64,000 bases of DNA from Rhodospirillaceae bacterium (lineage in GTDB: Bacteria; Pseudomonadota; Alphaproteobacteria; Rhodospirillales; UBA2165), in contig PBNV01000031.1 of assembly GCA_002723345.1 (NCBI GenBank), forward strand, positions 115,953 through 179,952, in the 5' to 3' direction. The notes beneath the pieces are model-generated. The model searched no databases. It was given only the letters and a program-made list of their open reading frames with translations, and was not told the origin of the DNA. Below are positions 45,111 to 57,032 of this stretch, piece after piece. Positions within the stretch are counted from its first letter, which is position 1. Every line of letters begins with the position of its first letter. The position numbers and the translations under genes were made by a program.

Positions 45111-46103
45111 CTAGTCCTCCTGTGCAATTTCAGGGTGCGGCCTTATGATCTTTGGCCGCTCATTATCGATTGCCTCGAGAATACTCGTTCCAGCCTGAGC
45201 CAACAAATTTTCCGCTACGGAACGGCCAAGCTCCCTCGCGCTTGTAATAGGCGCGCTCATTGAAAAACGCGTCGATTCGGTTCCATCAGGCCTGGCGATT
45301 AGACCTTGCATATCGATATTGCCTTTACCATCAGGTAAGGCCAGCCCTGCGATGGGTGTATGGCAGGATCCGTCGAGTAGGACAAGCATGGCACGCTCTG
45401 CGATGATCGCAGCGGTGGCCGGCGGCTCTCCTAGATTTGCTAGCATCGCGTTGGTCCCATGGTCATCCATCCGGCAGGTTGCCGCGAGTGACCCCTGACC
45501 TACAGCAGGCAACATCACGTCGGTTTCCAATATTTCCGTGATCACATTTTCTTTGCCCAGTCGTTTTAAGCCAGCATAGGCAAGGAGAGTCGCGTCAGCC
45601 TCGCCGTCCGTGATTTTTTTGAGCCGCGTGTCCACATTTCCTCGCAAGGGAACAACCCTCAAATCTGGTCTGGCAATAAGAACCTGGCATTTGCGGCGGA
45701 GAGAGGCCGTGCCTAGAGTTGCGCCTTTTGGCAATTCTATAAAAGATGCGTATTTTTCGGAAATGAAAGCGTCTCTGACGTCTTCGCGCGGCATGATAGC
45801 GTGCAAGGCGATGTTCTCGGGCAAAAATGTGGGCATGTCTTTCATGGAATGAATGCCGAGATCGATTTGATCGTTTAGAAGGGCTTCGTCCAGCTCCTTG
45901 GTGAACATTCCTTTGCCGCCGATTTCCGAGAGCAAACGGTTTTGGATGCGGTCTCCGGTTGTCGTTATTACAACCATCTCAATGGCATTTTTTTTTCTCA
46001 ACGATGGATGTGCTTTCTGCAGAGAATCTATAACCTTACTGGTTTGGATGAGGGCCAGCGGACTGCCGCGGGTGCCAATTCTGAGGGGACCAATATCATT
46101 CAT
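45111..46103 (-). CDS. hemC: Hydroxymethylbilane synthase (porphobilinogen deaminase)
   Basis: 330 aa with LRIGTRGSPLALIQT, ALLNDQIDLGIHSMKDMPT, RGNVDTRL, and the cofactor-Cys region LLDGSCHTPIAG. Confidence 0.95.
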   Translation of the reverse strand: MNDIGPLRIGTRGSPLALIQTSKVIDSLQKAHPSLRKKNAIEMVVITTTGDRIQNRLLSEIGGKGMFTKELDEALLNDQIDLGIHSMKDMPTFLPENIALHAIMPREDVRDAFISEKYASFIELPKGATLGTASLRRKCQVLIARPDLRVVPLRGNVDTRLKKITDGEADATLLAYAGLKRLGKENVITEILETDVMLPAVGQGSLAATCRMDDHGTNAMLANLGEPPATAAIIAERAMLVLLDGSCHTPIAGLALPDGKGNIDMQGLIARPDGTESTRFSMSAPITSARELGRSVAENLLAQAGTSILEAIDNERPKIIRPHPEIAQED

Positions 46104-46264
46104 GAGAAAAACGGAGATTTATCGGTCTCGTTGATGCAAACGGGCGATGGTTTTCGAGCGGCAACACCAGTATTGTAGGTGATTATGCCAATTGAAAGTT
46201 TCCTATAGCCTGTTTTGGTTAATGGATAAAGAATTGATGATAAAATTTAGAGGAGGGCTCGGGC

Positions 46265-47335
46265 GTGATTATGCTCGGAATTGAGACCAGTTGTGACGAG
46301 ACGGCTGCTGCAGTTGTTCAAGACTCGATCGACCCGTCGACCCGTATTTTATCAAATGTGGTGCAGTCGCAACACCGGCAGCATCGGCCGTTTGGCGGAA
46401 TTGTCCCCGAGATCGCGGCGCGAAGCCACTTACAGCATGTAGACGAGGTCATAAATGCCGCGATGTCGGACGCGGCAGTCGGGTTCGGTGATTTGGACGG
46501 TGTTGCAGCGACTGGGGGGCCAGGCCTGATAGGCGGTGTTATTGTTGGCGTTACGTCTGCAAAGGGCATCGCATTGGCCAGGGATATTCCATTTCTTGCA
46601 ATTAATCATCTTGCGGGGCATGCCCTGACGGCGCGGCTCACCCATGATGTTGACTTTCCTTATTTGCTGCTCCTCGTCTCGGGAGGTCACACACAGCTTC
46701 TCATTGTAAATGGTGTTGCAGATTATGAGCGCCTAGGCACCACAGTCGACGACGCCGTAGGCGAGGCTTTTGACAAATCAGCCAAACTTCTGGGTCTCGG
46801 GTATCCTGGTGGCCCCGAAATTGAAAAAGAGGCAATCAAGGGGGATCCCCGTAAGATTAGTTTGCCCCGACCCATGAAAGGCAGGGACTCGTGCAATTTT
46901 TCATTTTCTGGGCTAAAGACGGCTGTGAGAAACAAGGTGCGAGAGTTAAGAGATCGAGGGCTCGATGAACGGGATATTGAAAATCTTTGTTCCTCTTTTC
47001 AGGCGGCTGTTGCCGATGTCATGGCCGATCGGAGCCGACGAGCAGCGGAGGTGTTCAAACGAAAAAACCCTGAAGGGCAACACCTGGTTGTTGCCGGCGG
47101 AGTGGCCGCAAATCTAGCCTTGCGGGGGTCGCTAGAGAAGGTTGCTTTGCAAGCGGGCCTGAAATTGATCGCACCCCCACCCGCGCTCTGTACTGATAAT
47201 GGTGCCATGATCGCCTGGGCTGGTTTAGAACGGATGGCACAGGGGCTAACTTCGGATCTGGCATTCGCGCCCCGGCCCAGATGGCCCTTGGACCCAAGAG
47301 CGCCAGCGGTTGGCGGTGCAGGGGTGAAAGCGTGA
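46265..47335 (+). CDS. tsaD: tRNA N6-adenosine threonylcarbamoyltransferase TsaD
   Basis: 356 aa with [31 protein letters not shown], and GGVAAN. Confidence 0.95.
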   Translation: MIMLGIETSCDETAAAVVQDSIDPSTRILSNVVQSQHRQHRPFGGIVPEIAARSHLQHVDEVINAAMSDAAVGFGDLDGVAATGGPGLIGGVIVGVTSAKGIALARDIPFLAINHLAGHALTARLTHDVDFPYLLLLVSGGHTQLLIVNGVADYERLGTTVDDAVGEAFDKSAKLLGLGYPGGPEIEKEAIKGDPRKISLPRPMKGRDSCNFSFSGLKTAVRNKVRELRDRGLDERDIENLCSSFQAAVADVMADRSRRAAEVFKRKNPEGQHLVVAGGVAANLALRGSLEKVALQAGLKLIAPPPALCTDNGAMIAWAGLERMAQGLTSDLAFAPRPRWPLDPRAPAVGGAGVKA

Positions 47336-47393
47336 CTTGCAGCCCAGGGGTGGGGCGGGCATAGTTTTTTAACGGCCATGTTCGGGGATTATC

Positions 47394-48386
47394 ATGAGTA
47401 AGATTGGTATAATTGGCGCAGGCGCCTGGGGTACGTCCCTCGCAACTGTAATGCGGCGTGCGGGAAATGAGGTTGTGTTGCAAGCTCACGAGCCGGAGAC
47501 AGCGGCCGCGATTAACAAAAGCCATACCAATCCAGACTTTTTGCCTGAAATTGAACTGGATCCAGAGATCAGAGCCGTTACAGCCTTAAGTGAAGTGGTT
47601 GATGCGGATGCAGTGCTTCGGGTGGCGCCGGCGCAGCACCTCCGCGCGATTTGTGATGCTGCCGAGCCGTATTGGCCCGACTCTGTTCCCGCGATTATTT
47701 GCGCCAAAGGGATTGAACAGCGAACCTGCGCTTTAATGAGTGAGGTTGTTTCAGTGGCCCTGCCGCGAAAACAGATCGCTGTTTTGTCGGGGCCGACATT
47801 TGCGATTGAGGTGGCTCGGGACCTTCCGACGGCCGTAACGTTGGCATGTCACGATGAGAACCTAGTGAAAATTCTTATGGAGCAAATAAACACTCGGCAT
47901 TTCCGGATTTACAGATCCTCTGATGTTGTTGGTGCGCAGATCGGCGGGGCCATCAAGAACGTTCTTGCCATTGCATGTGGTATCGTCGAAGGCCGGGGCT
48001 TGGGAGAAAATACTCGAGCGGCACTCGTAACGCGTGGGCTCGCGGAGATGATGCGCATCGGAGTGGCGAAGGGAGCAAAACCTGAGACCCTTTCTGGTCT
48101 CTCGGGCTTGGGGGACCTGACCCTGACTTGCAATGCCATGCAATCCCGAAATTTTTCCCTCGGCGTCAGATTTGGCCAAGGGCAAAGCCTCAATCAAATA
48201 TTGTCTAATCGAAAATCCGTCGCGGAGGGGGTGTTCACAGCAGCATCGGTCTCGGACCTTGCGCGGAAAATTGGCGCGGAGGTTCCCATTTGCAGCGCAG
48301 TCGACAAAGTAATTAACCACGGCGAAGAAATCGAGCTTGTCATCTCCGGTCTGCTATCCAGACCGCTGAAGGAAGAAACGGCTTAA
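47394..48386 (+). CDS. gpsA: NAD(P)H-dependent glycerol-3-phosphate dehydrogenase
   Basis: 330 aa with IGIIGAGAWGTSLA, KGIE, SGPTFAIEVA, GGAIKNVLAIACGI, and GLGDLTLTC. Confidence 0.9.
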   Translation: MSKIGIIGAGAWGTSLATVMRRAGNEVVLQAHEPETAAAINKSHTNPDFLPEIELDPEIRAVTALSEVVDADAVLRVAPAQHLRAICDAAEPYWPDSVPAIICAKGIEQRTCALMSEVVSVALPRKQIAVLSGPTFAIEVARDLPTAVTLACHDENLVKILMEQINTRHFRIYRSSDVVGAQIGGAIKNVLAIACGIVEGRGLGENTRAALVTRGLAEMMRIGVAKGAKPETLSGLSGLGDLTLTCNAMQSRNFSLGVRFGQGQSLNQILSNRKSVAEGVFTAASVSDLARKIGAEVPICSAVDKVINHGEEIELVISGLLSRPLKEETA

Positions 48387-48434
48387 GGAAACATCGGGCC
48401 ATGGCCAAGAAATAGAGAGCATGGATTATTTTCG

Positions 48435-48950
48435 ATGATTTTTGACTGGCTCAAACAGACCTCCGATAACCAGGCAGGTAATTCAAGCCTGAGAGAAGTT
48501 ACAGGTTTTATTGACGGCCTGCGGTCTATGACAGATGAAGATATGGGGGTTGTAATCGCTGTCGCGACCGTCATTCGGGTGAGCATGGAAAAAGAGGGCT
48601 TTTTGCCTAAGGGACTGTTTAATGAATCAACATTGCCGTCTTCGGTGGCCTTAAGCAACTATCAGGTCGACCTCCATAAATTAGTTCGCCGGTTTAATAA
48701 ACAAGGTCAACCAACGGATGCCGTGGCGGCATTGGTGATCTCTCATTCCCTTCGATGTTTGAATGTGCCTGATCTCCGGGAATACGGAAGGGACATGTGG
48801 CAAACCCTCTCGAGAGGGTTTCCGCATGCAGAAAAAGCCTTGAGAGACGGCGAAGAGGCAAAAGGGAAGCCATTTCCAAAAAGGGTCTGGAAAGAATGGC
48901 GGACCATCCCCCTAGGATTGAAACCCCGCGAGACTTCGGAGGATTCATGA
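48435..48950 (+). CDS. Hypothetical protein
   Basis: 171-aa ORF with plausible composition. Its stop overlaps the start of the next gene (ATGA at 48947..48950), which suggests translational coupling. I recognise no family. Confidence 0.45.
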   Translation: MIFDWLKQTSDNQAGNSSLREVTGFIDGLRSMTDEDMGVVIAVATVIRVSMEKEGFLPKGLFNESTLPSSVALSNYQVDLHKLVRRFNKQGQPTDAVAALVISHSLRCLNVPDLREYGRDMWQTLSRGFPHAEKALRDGEEAKGKPFPKRVWKEWRTIPLGLKPRETSEDS

Positions 48951-49291
48951 GCCGCACTGTTTTGTGCCAATTAGAAGATATTGAGGACGGCGGCAGTGCC
49001 GGATTCACGTCACAGGTGGATGGCAAGCCGCGCATGCTGCTTGCGGTTCGCAGAGGAAAGGACGTTTTCGTCTACATCAACTCCTGCCCCCATCTTGGCG
49101 TCCCATTGGATTTTCATGCCGGTCAATTCCTGAGCCACGACCAGAAGTATATCATATGCTCAACTCATGGGGCGTTGTTTGAGATTGAAAATGGTCTGTG
49201 TGTCTCAGGTCCATGTCGCAATGCATATTTAAAACCTGTCATGGTATCGGTCGAGGAAAGGTCAGTCTTGATTGACGGAAACCAGCTCTAA
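48947..49291 (+). CDS. Small Rieske [2Fe-2S] domain protein
   Basis: 114 aa from the ATG at 48947, with CPHLGVPLD...CSTHGALF (the CxH...CxxH Rieske ligands). The track's longer start at 48797 overlaps the upstream ORF. Confidence 0.75.
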   Translation: MSRTVLCQLEDIEDGGSAGFTSQVDGKPRMLLAVRRGKDVFVYINSCPHLGVPLDFHAGQFLSHDQKYIICSTHGALFEIENGLCVSGPCRNAYLKPVMVSVEERSVLIDGNQL

Positions 49292-49436
49292 TAGAAGAGC
49301 GCTTGTCGTCGGGTATTGGGTATACGTTCTTGTCTTCAGACGTTCGATCAGGAAAGATACACGTCCGAAACGCGTTTAGCGGATAGACGTTGCCCGTTGG
49401 GTATTTAGAGTATTTCAGTGAGGAGAGCGAAGCAAC

Positions 49437-51374
<1,938 letters not shown>

Positions 51375-51915
51375 GCTTTTCAGGGTATCTTAGTGGAGGA
51401 CGCCTTTCGAATTGCAGGTCCTACAACGGGGGCGTGTTCGACGATTAGGTCCGAGGCGTTGTTGGCTGGGGTCCAGAGAATTATCAACGCCCGAACGATT
51501 GGTGCCACCTCTGCCTATTGTTGGCTATCCCAAAGCCCTGGTAAACCAGTGACGTAGCAAAGTGGATTCAGCGGAACTCGTAAGTGCCTCAACACGCGGA
51601 CGGCATATTGAGGCAAATTGGATATTGCAGTGTCGCCCAGCTTGACGCGGGCAATAGCTAAACGTGGTACTTTTGATATTCAAGCTAAGGCAGAAATACC
51701 CGCTGAAAATGAGTGTCTCGTCGTCATTAACTCTCGCGACTTTAGCAAGGATGGGCTATGGTGGAACCTAGATCGCCATAGATTTTGTAATATCATGATC
51801 AGTAGAGTAATGAGCCAAAACGTCTGCCAAACGGATTAACCGGGCCACCACCTTACTTGCTATTAAAAATCTCAGACTTATTACTCTGTATCCAAATGTA
51901 TGCATTGAAAAGTTT

Positions 51916-52080
51916 CTAGAAGTCGATGCAACGGTCGCCTTTTTCCCAATCCCCATATCGGGTCGAGTCGGGTTTGGGTGCCTCGCTCTCCGTCTTTTTT
52001 TCCGCCTTCGGTTGCGATGTGGTGTCGGAACCGAAGGGAGTTTTGGGCTCCGCAAAAGGTGAATTTTCTGTATTTGTCAT
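51916..52080 (-). CDS. DUF1674 / SDHAF4-like mini-protein (54 aa); not in the ORF track
   Basis: My translation is MTNTENSPFAEPKTPFGSDTTSQPKAEKKTESEAPKPDSTRYGDWEKGDRCIDF. The C-terminal TRYGDWE-KG-RCIDF is the DUF1674 signature. It falls below the 60-aa track cutoff. Confidence 0.7.
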   Translation of the reverse strand: MTNTENSPFAEPKTPFGSDTTSQPKAEKKTESEAPKPDSTRYGDWEKGDRCIDF

Positions 52081-52175
52081 TCCTGTATTTCATCCATACA
52101 TATTTCAGCGATTTAATACTTGGGATAAAATCCTGCGACGCTAATCGGTGATAATATTCCTTATTAGGATATGCC

Positions 52176-52937
52176 ATGCTCGACATCATATGGTTCGATA
52201 TGCCTTGGGAGGCCATTTGGTCCCAAGATCTGGTGATCGCGTCGATCTTTGCCATGGTCGGTGCCGCAATCCGCGGGCTCACAGGATTTGGTGCAAATCT
52301 TATTTGGGCCCCGGCACTTGTCGTTTTGTATGGTCCAGTTGAAACCGTTGCCATCATGGGAATTACGGGCATATTGTCGGCGGTTCCGGTGTTTGTGCCT
52401 GCAATGGGCAACGTCGATTGGCGAGAGATCCGGATCATCATCGTCAGCGCATTTGTTCTGGCACCCGCAGGGGTCATGAGCTTGTTATATCTCGAGCCAG
52501 ACATGTTCCGTAGGGTCGTGGGCGGATTAATTTTTTTAATGGCAGGTCTCCTCATGACTGGATGGCATTATGAGGGCACGCGCAGCGCGGCATCGAAAAT
52601 TATTGCTGGGGGGGTCTCTGGATATCTTGCCGGGTTTGCCGGGATCGGCGGCCCAATCTGTGCACTTTATTTTCTGTCTGCGCCGGGGACGGCTCAGGCC
52701 CAGCGCGCAAATAATACTGTGTCAGTCTCACTTTTAATCCCTGTTCCTATTTTGTCTCTTGGATTGAGCGGCTTGATAGGCCTCGACACGGTGATAAAAG
52801 CCTTCATTCTGGTGGCGCCTTATGTGGTCGGCCAATGTCTCGGTAGCCTGCTTTTTGGTATGGTGCCGCAAAAGGCGTTCCGGCAAATCGTTCTGTTACT
52901 TCTAGCCGCTATTGGCGTCGGGAGCATGGCGTTTTGA
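52176..52937 (+). CDS. TauE/SafE-family membrane protein (second copy in the window)
   Basis: 253 aa, hydrophobic, with G-rich helices (GLTGFGANLIW, GFAGIGGPI) typical of the TauE family. Confidence 0.75.
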   Translation: MLDIIWFDMPWEAIWSQDLVIASIFAMVGAAIRGLTGFGANLIWAPALVVLYGPVETVAIMGITGILSAVPVFVPAMGNVDWREIRIIIVSAFVLAPAGVMSLLYLEPDMFRRVVGGLIFLMAGLLMTGWHYEGTRSAASKIIAGGVSGYLAGFAGIGGPICALYFLSAPGTAQAQRANNTVSVSLLIPVPILSLGLSGLIGLDTVIKAFILVAPYVVGQCLGSLLFGMVPQKAFRQIVLLLLAAIGVGSMAF

Positions 52938-53002
52938 GAATAAAAAATTATTACTCGACGCCAGTTGCACCTTGGTTGGTCACAGCATATGTCTGACGGG
53001 CC

Positions 53003-53872
53003 ATGAACGCCTTTAAAACATCAATCTTGCTGGCCGGCTTAACAGCCTTGGTGCTCGCCGCCGGCCTGTTGCTGGGGGGCGAAGGTGGTTTGGTGCTTGC
53101 CATCGGGTTTGCACTGTTTGGCAACATCTTTGCCTATTGGAGTTCGGACAAAATGGTATTGTCTATGTATGGCGCACGTCAAGTAGATGAAACCGCACAT
53201 CCGGCCCTTGTCGGCACGGTTAAACAGCTGGCGGCTCGTGCTCAATTGCCCATGCCCAAGGTTTATGTCATCGATACTCCTCAGCCAAACGCCTTCGCCA
53301 CGGGCCGTAATCCAGATAATGCGGCAGTCGCAGCCACCACCGGGCTCCTCGACAATTTGAGCCACCAGGAAATTGCCGGTGTGATGGCTCATGAACTCGC
53401 GCATGTGAAAAACCGGGATACATTGATCATGACGATTACCGCAACCTTAGCAGGCGCTCTGTCAATGTTGGCGGCCTCTGCCATGTTTTTTGGCGGCAGA
53501 AGCCAAAATAACCCCCTCGGATCGCTCGGCACTATTCTAGTCACGATCCTTGCACCTGTGGCTGCCATGTTGGTGCAAATGGCAATTTCGCGGACCCGCG
53601 AGTACCAGGCAGACCGCCTTGGGGCGGAAATTTGCGGCCGACCACTATGGCTTGCATCCGCGTTGGAGAAACTTGAGACGTTGTCACACCGGATCGATAA
53701 TGATCAGGCCGAGCACAATCCAGCGACGGCCCATCTGTTTATCATCAATCCTCTCCATGCCCGAAAAGTGGATAATTTATTTTCCACCCACCCCAGCACG
53801 TCTAACCGCGTACACTACTTGCGTGATATGGCGGCCTCTTCCCTGGAGCTGCCCCCCCCCTCCCGCCCATGA
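53003..53872 (+). CDS. htpX: Zinc metalloprotease HtpX
   Basis: 289 aa with PNAFATG, the HEXXH motif in [20 protein letters not shown], and [10 protein letters not shown]. Confidence 0.9.
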   Translation: MNAFKTSILLAGLTALVLAAGLLLGGEGGLVLAIGFALFGNIFAYWSSDKMVLSMYGARQVDETAHPALVGTVKQLAARAQLPMPKVYVIDTPQPNAFATGRNPDNAAVAATTGLLDNLSHQEIAGVMAHELAHVKNRDTLIMTITATLAGALSMLAASAMFFGGRSQNNPLGSLGTILVTILAPVAAMLVQMAISRTREYQADRLGAEICGRPLWLASALEKLETLSHRIDNDQAEHNPATAHLFIINPLHARKVDNLFSTHPSTSNRVHYLRDMAASSLELPPPSRP

Positions 53873-53935
53873 GGATGATGTCCAAGGCCAAACACCGATG
53901 TTGTCACCCCTTAGGTTGGCTGATATGGGACGACG

Positions 53936-55225
53936 ATGCCTCGTGTTCTAGCCGCAGATGTTCTTGAAGATATTCTTTTTCGCCGAAAAAGTTTTGACGA
54001 CGCTTTTGCAGCCGGTGTCGTGCATCGCGCCCGGGCCTCCGTTTTGGCTTCCAGGGACCGTTCTTTTTCATATAATCTCGTGGCAACGACCCTTCGGCGG
54101 CTCGGGCAAATTGATGACTTGATTGACAGTTGTCTCGAGACGCCGCTTCCTAGCAAGGCGCGAGGCGCCCTCACAATATTGCGGTTGGGGGTTGCTCAGC
54201 TTTTATTTATGAACGTTTCAGCCTATGCCGCCGTGGATACTAGCGTCGAATTGGCCCAATTCCGCCGCCAGGGAGCCTATAAAAAACTAATCAATGCTGT
54301 TCTGCGCCGCCTTGGTCGGGAAGGGCCTAAAATGATATTAGCCCAGGATGTGTGCCGACTTAACACGGCTGTTTGGCTGTGGGACAATTGGTGCACGGCA
54401 TATGGCGAGGACTTGACCCGGCGAATTGCTGACGTCCATCTAATTCGGCCGCCCCTCGACATCTCTGTGAAGCCCAATTTCGAAGAAGTAGCTGCAGATC
54501 TTGGAGGAACGCTCCTGCCCACGGGGTCGGTGCGCCTGCACGATCACCCCGGCGTTGAGACCTTGCCCGGTTTTGACCAGGGCTACTGGTGGGTTCAGGA
54601 CGCAGCGGCGGCGTTGCCGGCGAAATTATTCCCTCACTTGAAGGGCAAACGTATTGCAGATCTGTGTGCGGCGCCGGGAGGAAAGACAGCTCAAATGGCC
54701 GCTGCCGGTGCGGATGTCACGGCCATTGATCGCTCCGAAAAACGATTGCACCTCTTGCAGGAAAACATGGATCGGCTCTCTCTCGATGTTTCGTGTATTC
54801 TAGACGATGCCGTCAAATGGCGACCCCGCGAAGCTTGCGATGGCGTGCTAATAGATGCGCCATGTTCGGCTACTGGAACCTTGCGACGGCATCCTGACAT
54901 CCAATGGATAAAATCACCGAATGATGTGGTCGGCGTTGCTAACATCCAGCGCGCTTTGCTGGAAGCATCAGTGGAGATGGTGAGGCCTGGTGGCACGATT
55001 ATCTTTGCAACCTGTTCATTGCAGCCCGAAGAAGGGCCTTTTTTAATCGACGATTTTCTGGATTCTTTCACCAACGTCAGGCGTGATCCGCTTGATGATT
55101 ATGCTAAGTTTTTAACCTCCGACATGATTACAGAAGATGGGGACCTTCGGACCTTTCCTTATTTTCTCTCTGATCATGGTGGGATGGACGGTTTTTTCGC
55201 GGCCCGTCTCATCCGAACATCTTAA
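53936..55225 (+). CDS. rsmB: RsmB/Sun-family 16S rRNA cytosine-C5 methyltransferase
   Basis: 429 aa with GYWWVQDAAAALP, DLCAAPGGKT, DAPCSATGTLRRHPD, and ATCSLQPEEG. Confidence 0.8.
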   Translation: MPRVLAADVLEDILFRRKSFDDAFAAGVVHRARASVLASRDRSFSYNLVATTLRRLGQIDDLIDSCLETPLPSKARGALTILRLGVAQLLFMNVSAYAAVDTSVELAQFRRQGAYKKLINAVLRRLGREGPKMILAQDVCRLNTAVWLWDNWCTAYGEDLTRRIADVHLIRPPLDISVKPNFEEVAADLGGTLLPTGSVRLHDHPGVETLPGFDQGYWWVQDAAAALPAKLFPHLKGKRIADLCAAPGGKTAQMAAAGADVTAIDRSEKRLHLLQENMDRLSLDVSCILDDAVKWRPREACDGVLIDAPCSATGTLRRHPDIQWIKSPNDVVGVANIQRALLEASVEMVRPGGTIIFATCSLQPEEGPFLIDDFLDSFTNVRRDPLDDYAKFLTSDMITEDGDLRTFPYFLSDHGGMDGFFAARLIRTS

Positions 55226-55298
55226 CGAATTATTTGCGTTTTTCCTCATAGAATAAAACCAATAACAAAAGCACCAGGATTTACGAGGAGCGAAGAAA

Positions 55299-56933
55299 TT
55301 GCTCTCGCAAGCTCTAATGATGGGAAGCCCGAAAGGCTTTTTGAGTGGGTTGCAGCGGTTTACCTTTGCGAGCCCCATCTACAATTATACCTTGCTGGGA
55401 CGGGTGCCCGACCGTCTGCTAGGTACGCCGCCAGAACTTCTGCCAGGCAATGCCTCGGCAGGGCAAGCGATCCTGTCTGGGGCCCTTACTTTCAAGGGCC
55501 GTCGTTATCCATTGCCAAACTTTGAGGTGCTCCCTAAGGAATTGTCTGAAGAGTTGTGTGAGTATACTCACGGATTCTCTTGGCTTGCGGACTTGAGGAT
55601 CGTGGGTGGGCCAAGAGCCCGTCATCGAGCCCAGGCTTTGATTGCCGATTGGCTGTCTCGGTATGATGATTGGGATTTATTTGTTTGGCGCCCAGATATT
55701 ACCGGGGCCAGGCTGGCAAACTGGATCACGCATTTTGCTTTTTATGTTTCAGACGTGGATGTCAGGTTTCGAGAGGAATTGTTTGTATCTCTCGCGCGCC
55801 AGTCGCGACATTTAAGCCGGGCAGCGCATATGGCGAACCCAGGGTTAGAGGCCGTGCTAGCCCTACAAGGACTTATTTATGCGGGGATCGCTGTTCCCGA
55901 GTCTGATAACTATCTGGCTCAAGGCCTTGAGCTTTTGGAGGCCGAGGCGAGAAATCAGATCTTACCCGATGGTGGCCATGTGTCCAGGAATCCGAGTAAT
56001 CAATTGCGAATGTTGAGAGCTTTTTTGGAAATTCGGGATGCCCTTATGGCGGCACATATTGATCTCCCAAATTGGCTTAAAAATGTGATCGAACGGATGG
56101 TTCCCATGACCCGCGCCTTGCGGATGGGAGATGGTGCGCTTGTGTGTTTTCACGGCGGAGGCGCCGGAGAGAGCGCCGAAATTGATTTGATTCTGGCTAA
56201 GTCGAACATCAGGGGCAAGCCGGCGCTAATCGCCCCGCACACGCAATTCCATCGATTATCAGCCGGCAAAACCACCCTCGTGCTAGATGCCGGCGCACCT
56301 CCGACCGTGCAAACTAATCGGTGGGCGCACGCTGGCACGCTTGCCTTTGAGATGAGCGCGGGAAAGGAGCGTCTGATCGTTAACTGCGGTTCAACCCGCC
56401 AAATGGGTCTTAAATGGCAACAAGCCTTGCGCACGACAGCGGCCCATTCGACGGTGGTTGTGGATGATACCAATTCCTCCGAGCTGGGAAAAAACGGCGG
56501 TCTCGGTAAGAGAGGCCATACCGTTCAATGCAGCCGGCGCGAGATTGATGGTCGGTCTGTGCTAGAGGTTTCCAGCGACGGGTATAAGGGGCTTTTCGAC
56601 CTGCAACATCGCCGGTTTCTGATGATGTCTTCGGATGGTACAGAGCTGTTGGGCGAGGATCTTCTGATTGGAACCGGGGGCAAGCGCTTTACTATTCGGT
56701 TTCATCTTCATCCCAATGTGCAGGCGACACTTATACAAAACGGGAACGCGGTTCTCTTGAAACCGCGCCGTGGACGCGGGTGGAAATTGGTGTCGCCCGA
56801 CACGGAGGTTCTTCTGGAGGAGAGCATATATATTGAAAACGCCGACCACCCTCGCCGAACGCAACAAATTGTAATTCCCGGCGAGATATTGGGTCGGGGC
56901 GCTGCAGTAAAATGGCGTTTGGAACAGATTTAG
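55299..56933 (+). CDS. Heparinase II/III-family protein
   Basis: 544 aa. The central region (LPDGGHVSRNP, HAGTLAFEMSAGKERLIVNCG) matches my recollection of the heparinase II/III-like family that commonly follows rsmB in Alphaproteobacteria. TTG start. Confidence 0.7.
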   Translation: MLSQALMMGSPKGFLSGLQRFTFASPIYNYTLLGRVPDRLLGTPPELLPGNASAGQAILSGALTFKGRRYPLPNFEVLPKELSEELCEYTHGFSWLADLRIVGGPRARHRAQALIADWLSRYDDWDLFVWRPDITGARLANWITHFAFYVSDVDVRFREELFVSLARQSRHLSRAAHMANPGLEAVLALQGLIYAGIAVPESDNYLAQGLELLEAEARNQILPDGGHVSRNPSNQLRMLRAFLEIRDALMAAHIDLPNWLKNVIERMVPMTRALRMGDGALVCFHGGGAGESAEIDLILAKSNIRGKPALIAPHTQFHRLSAGKTTLVLDAGAPPTVQTNRWAHAGTLAFEMSAGKERLIVNCGSTRQMGLKWQQALRTTAAHSTVVVDDTNSSELGKNGGLGKRGHTVQCSRREIDGRSVLEVSSDGYKGLFDLQHRRFLMMSSDGTELLGEDLLIGTGGKRFTIRFHLHPNVQATLIQNGNAVLLKPRRGRGWKLVSPDTEVLLEESIYIENADHPRRTQQIVIPGEILGRGAAVKWRLEQI

Positions 56934-57032
56934 CGGACTTTATGGCTTGCAAGAAAGAGAACACAAATTAGGGTGCGGGCAACTTTGGAGTCGGTAGACA
57001 TTGTCTGCTGTCAGAAGGAAACGAACAAATCC

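Noticed and set aside
51618-51839. 73-aa ORF downstream of acs, and the 95-aa minus-strand ORF at 51768..52055.
   Set aside because: Neither has recognisable motifs. The minus-strand ORF is out of frame with, and overlaps, the well-supported DUF1674 gene.
56990-57001. CGGTAG core (GTCGGTAGACAT) about 40 nt upstream of the nucleotide-sugar dehydrogenase start.
   Set aside because: It has three mismatches to the ops consensus, and the hexamer core is expected many times by chance in 64 kb.
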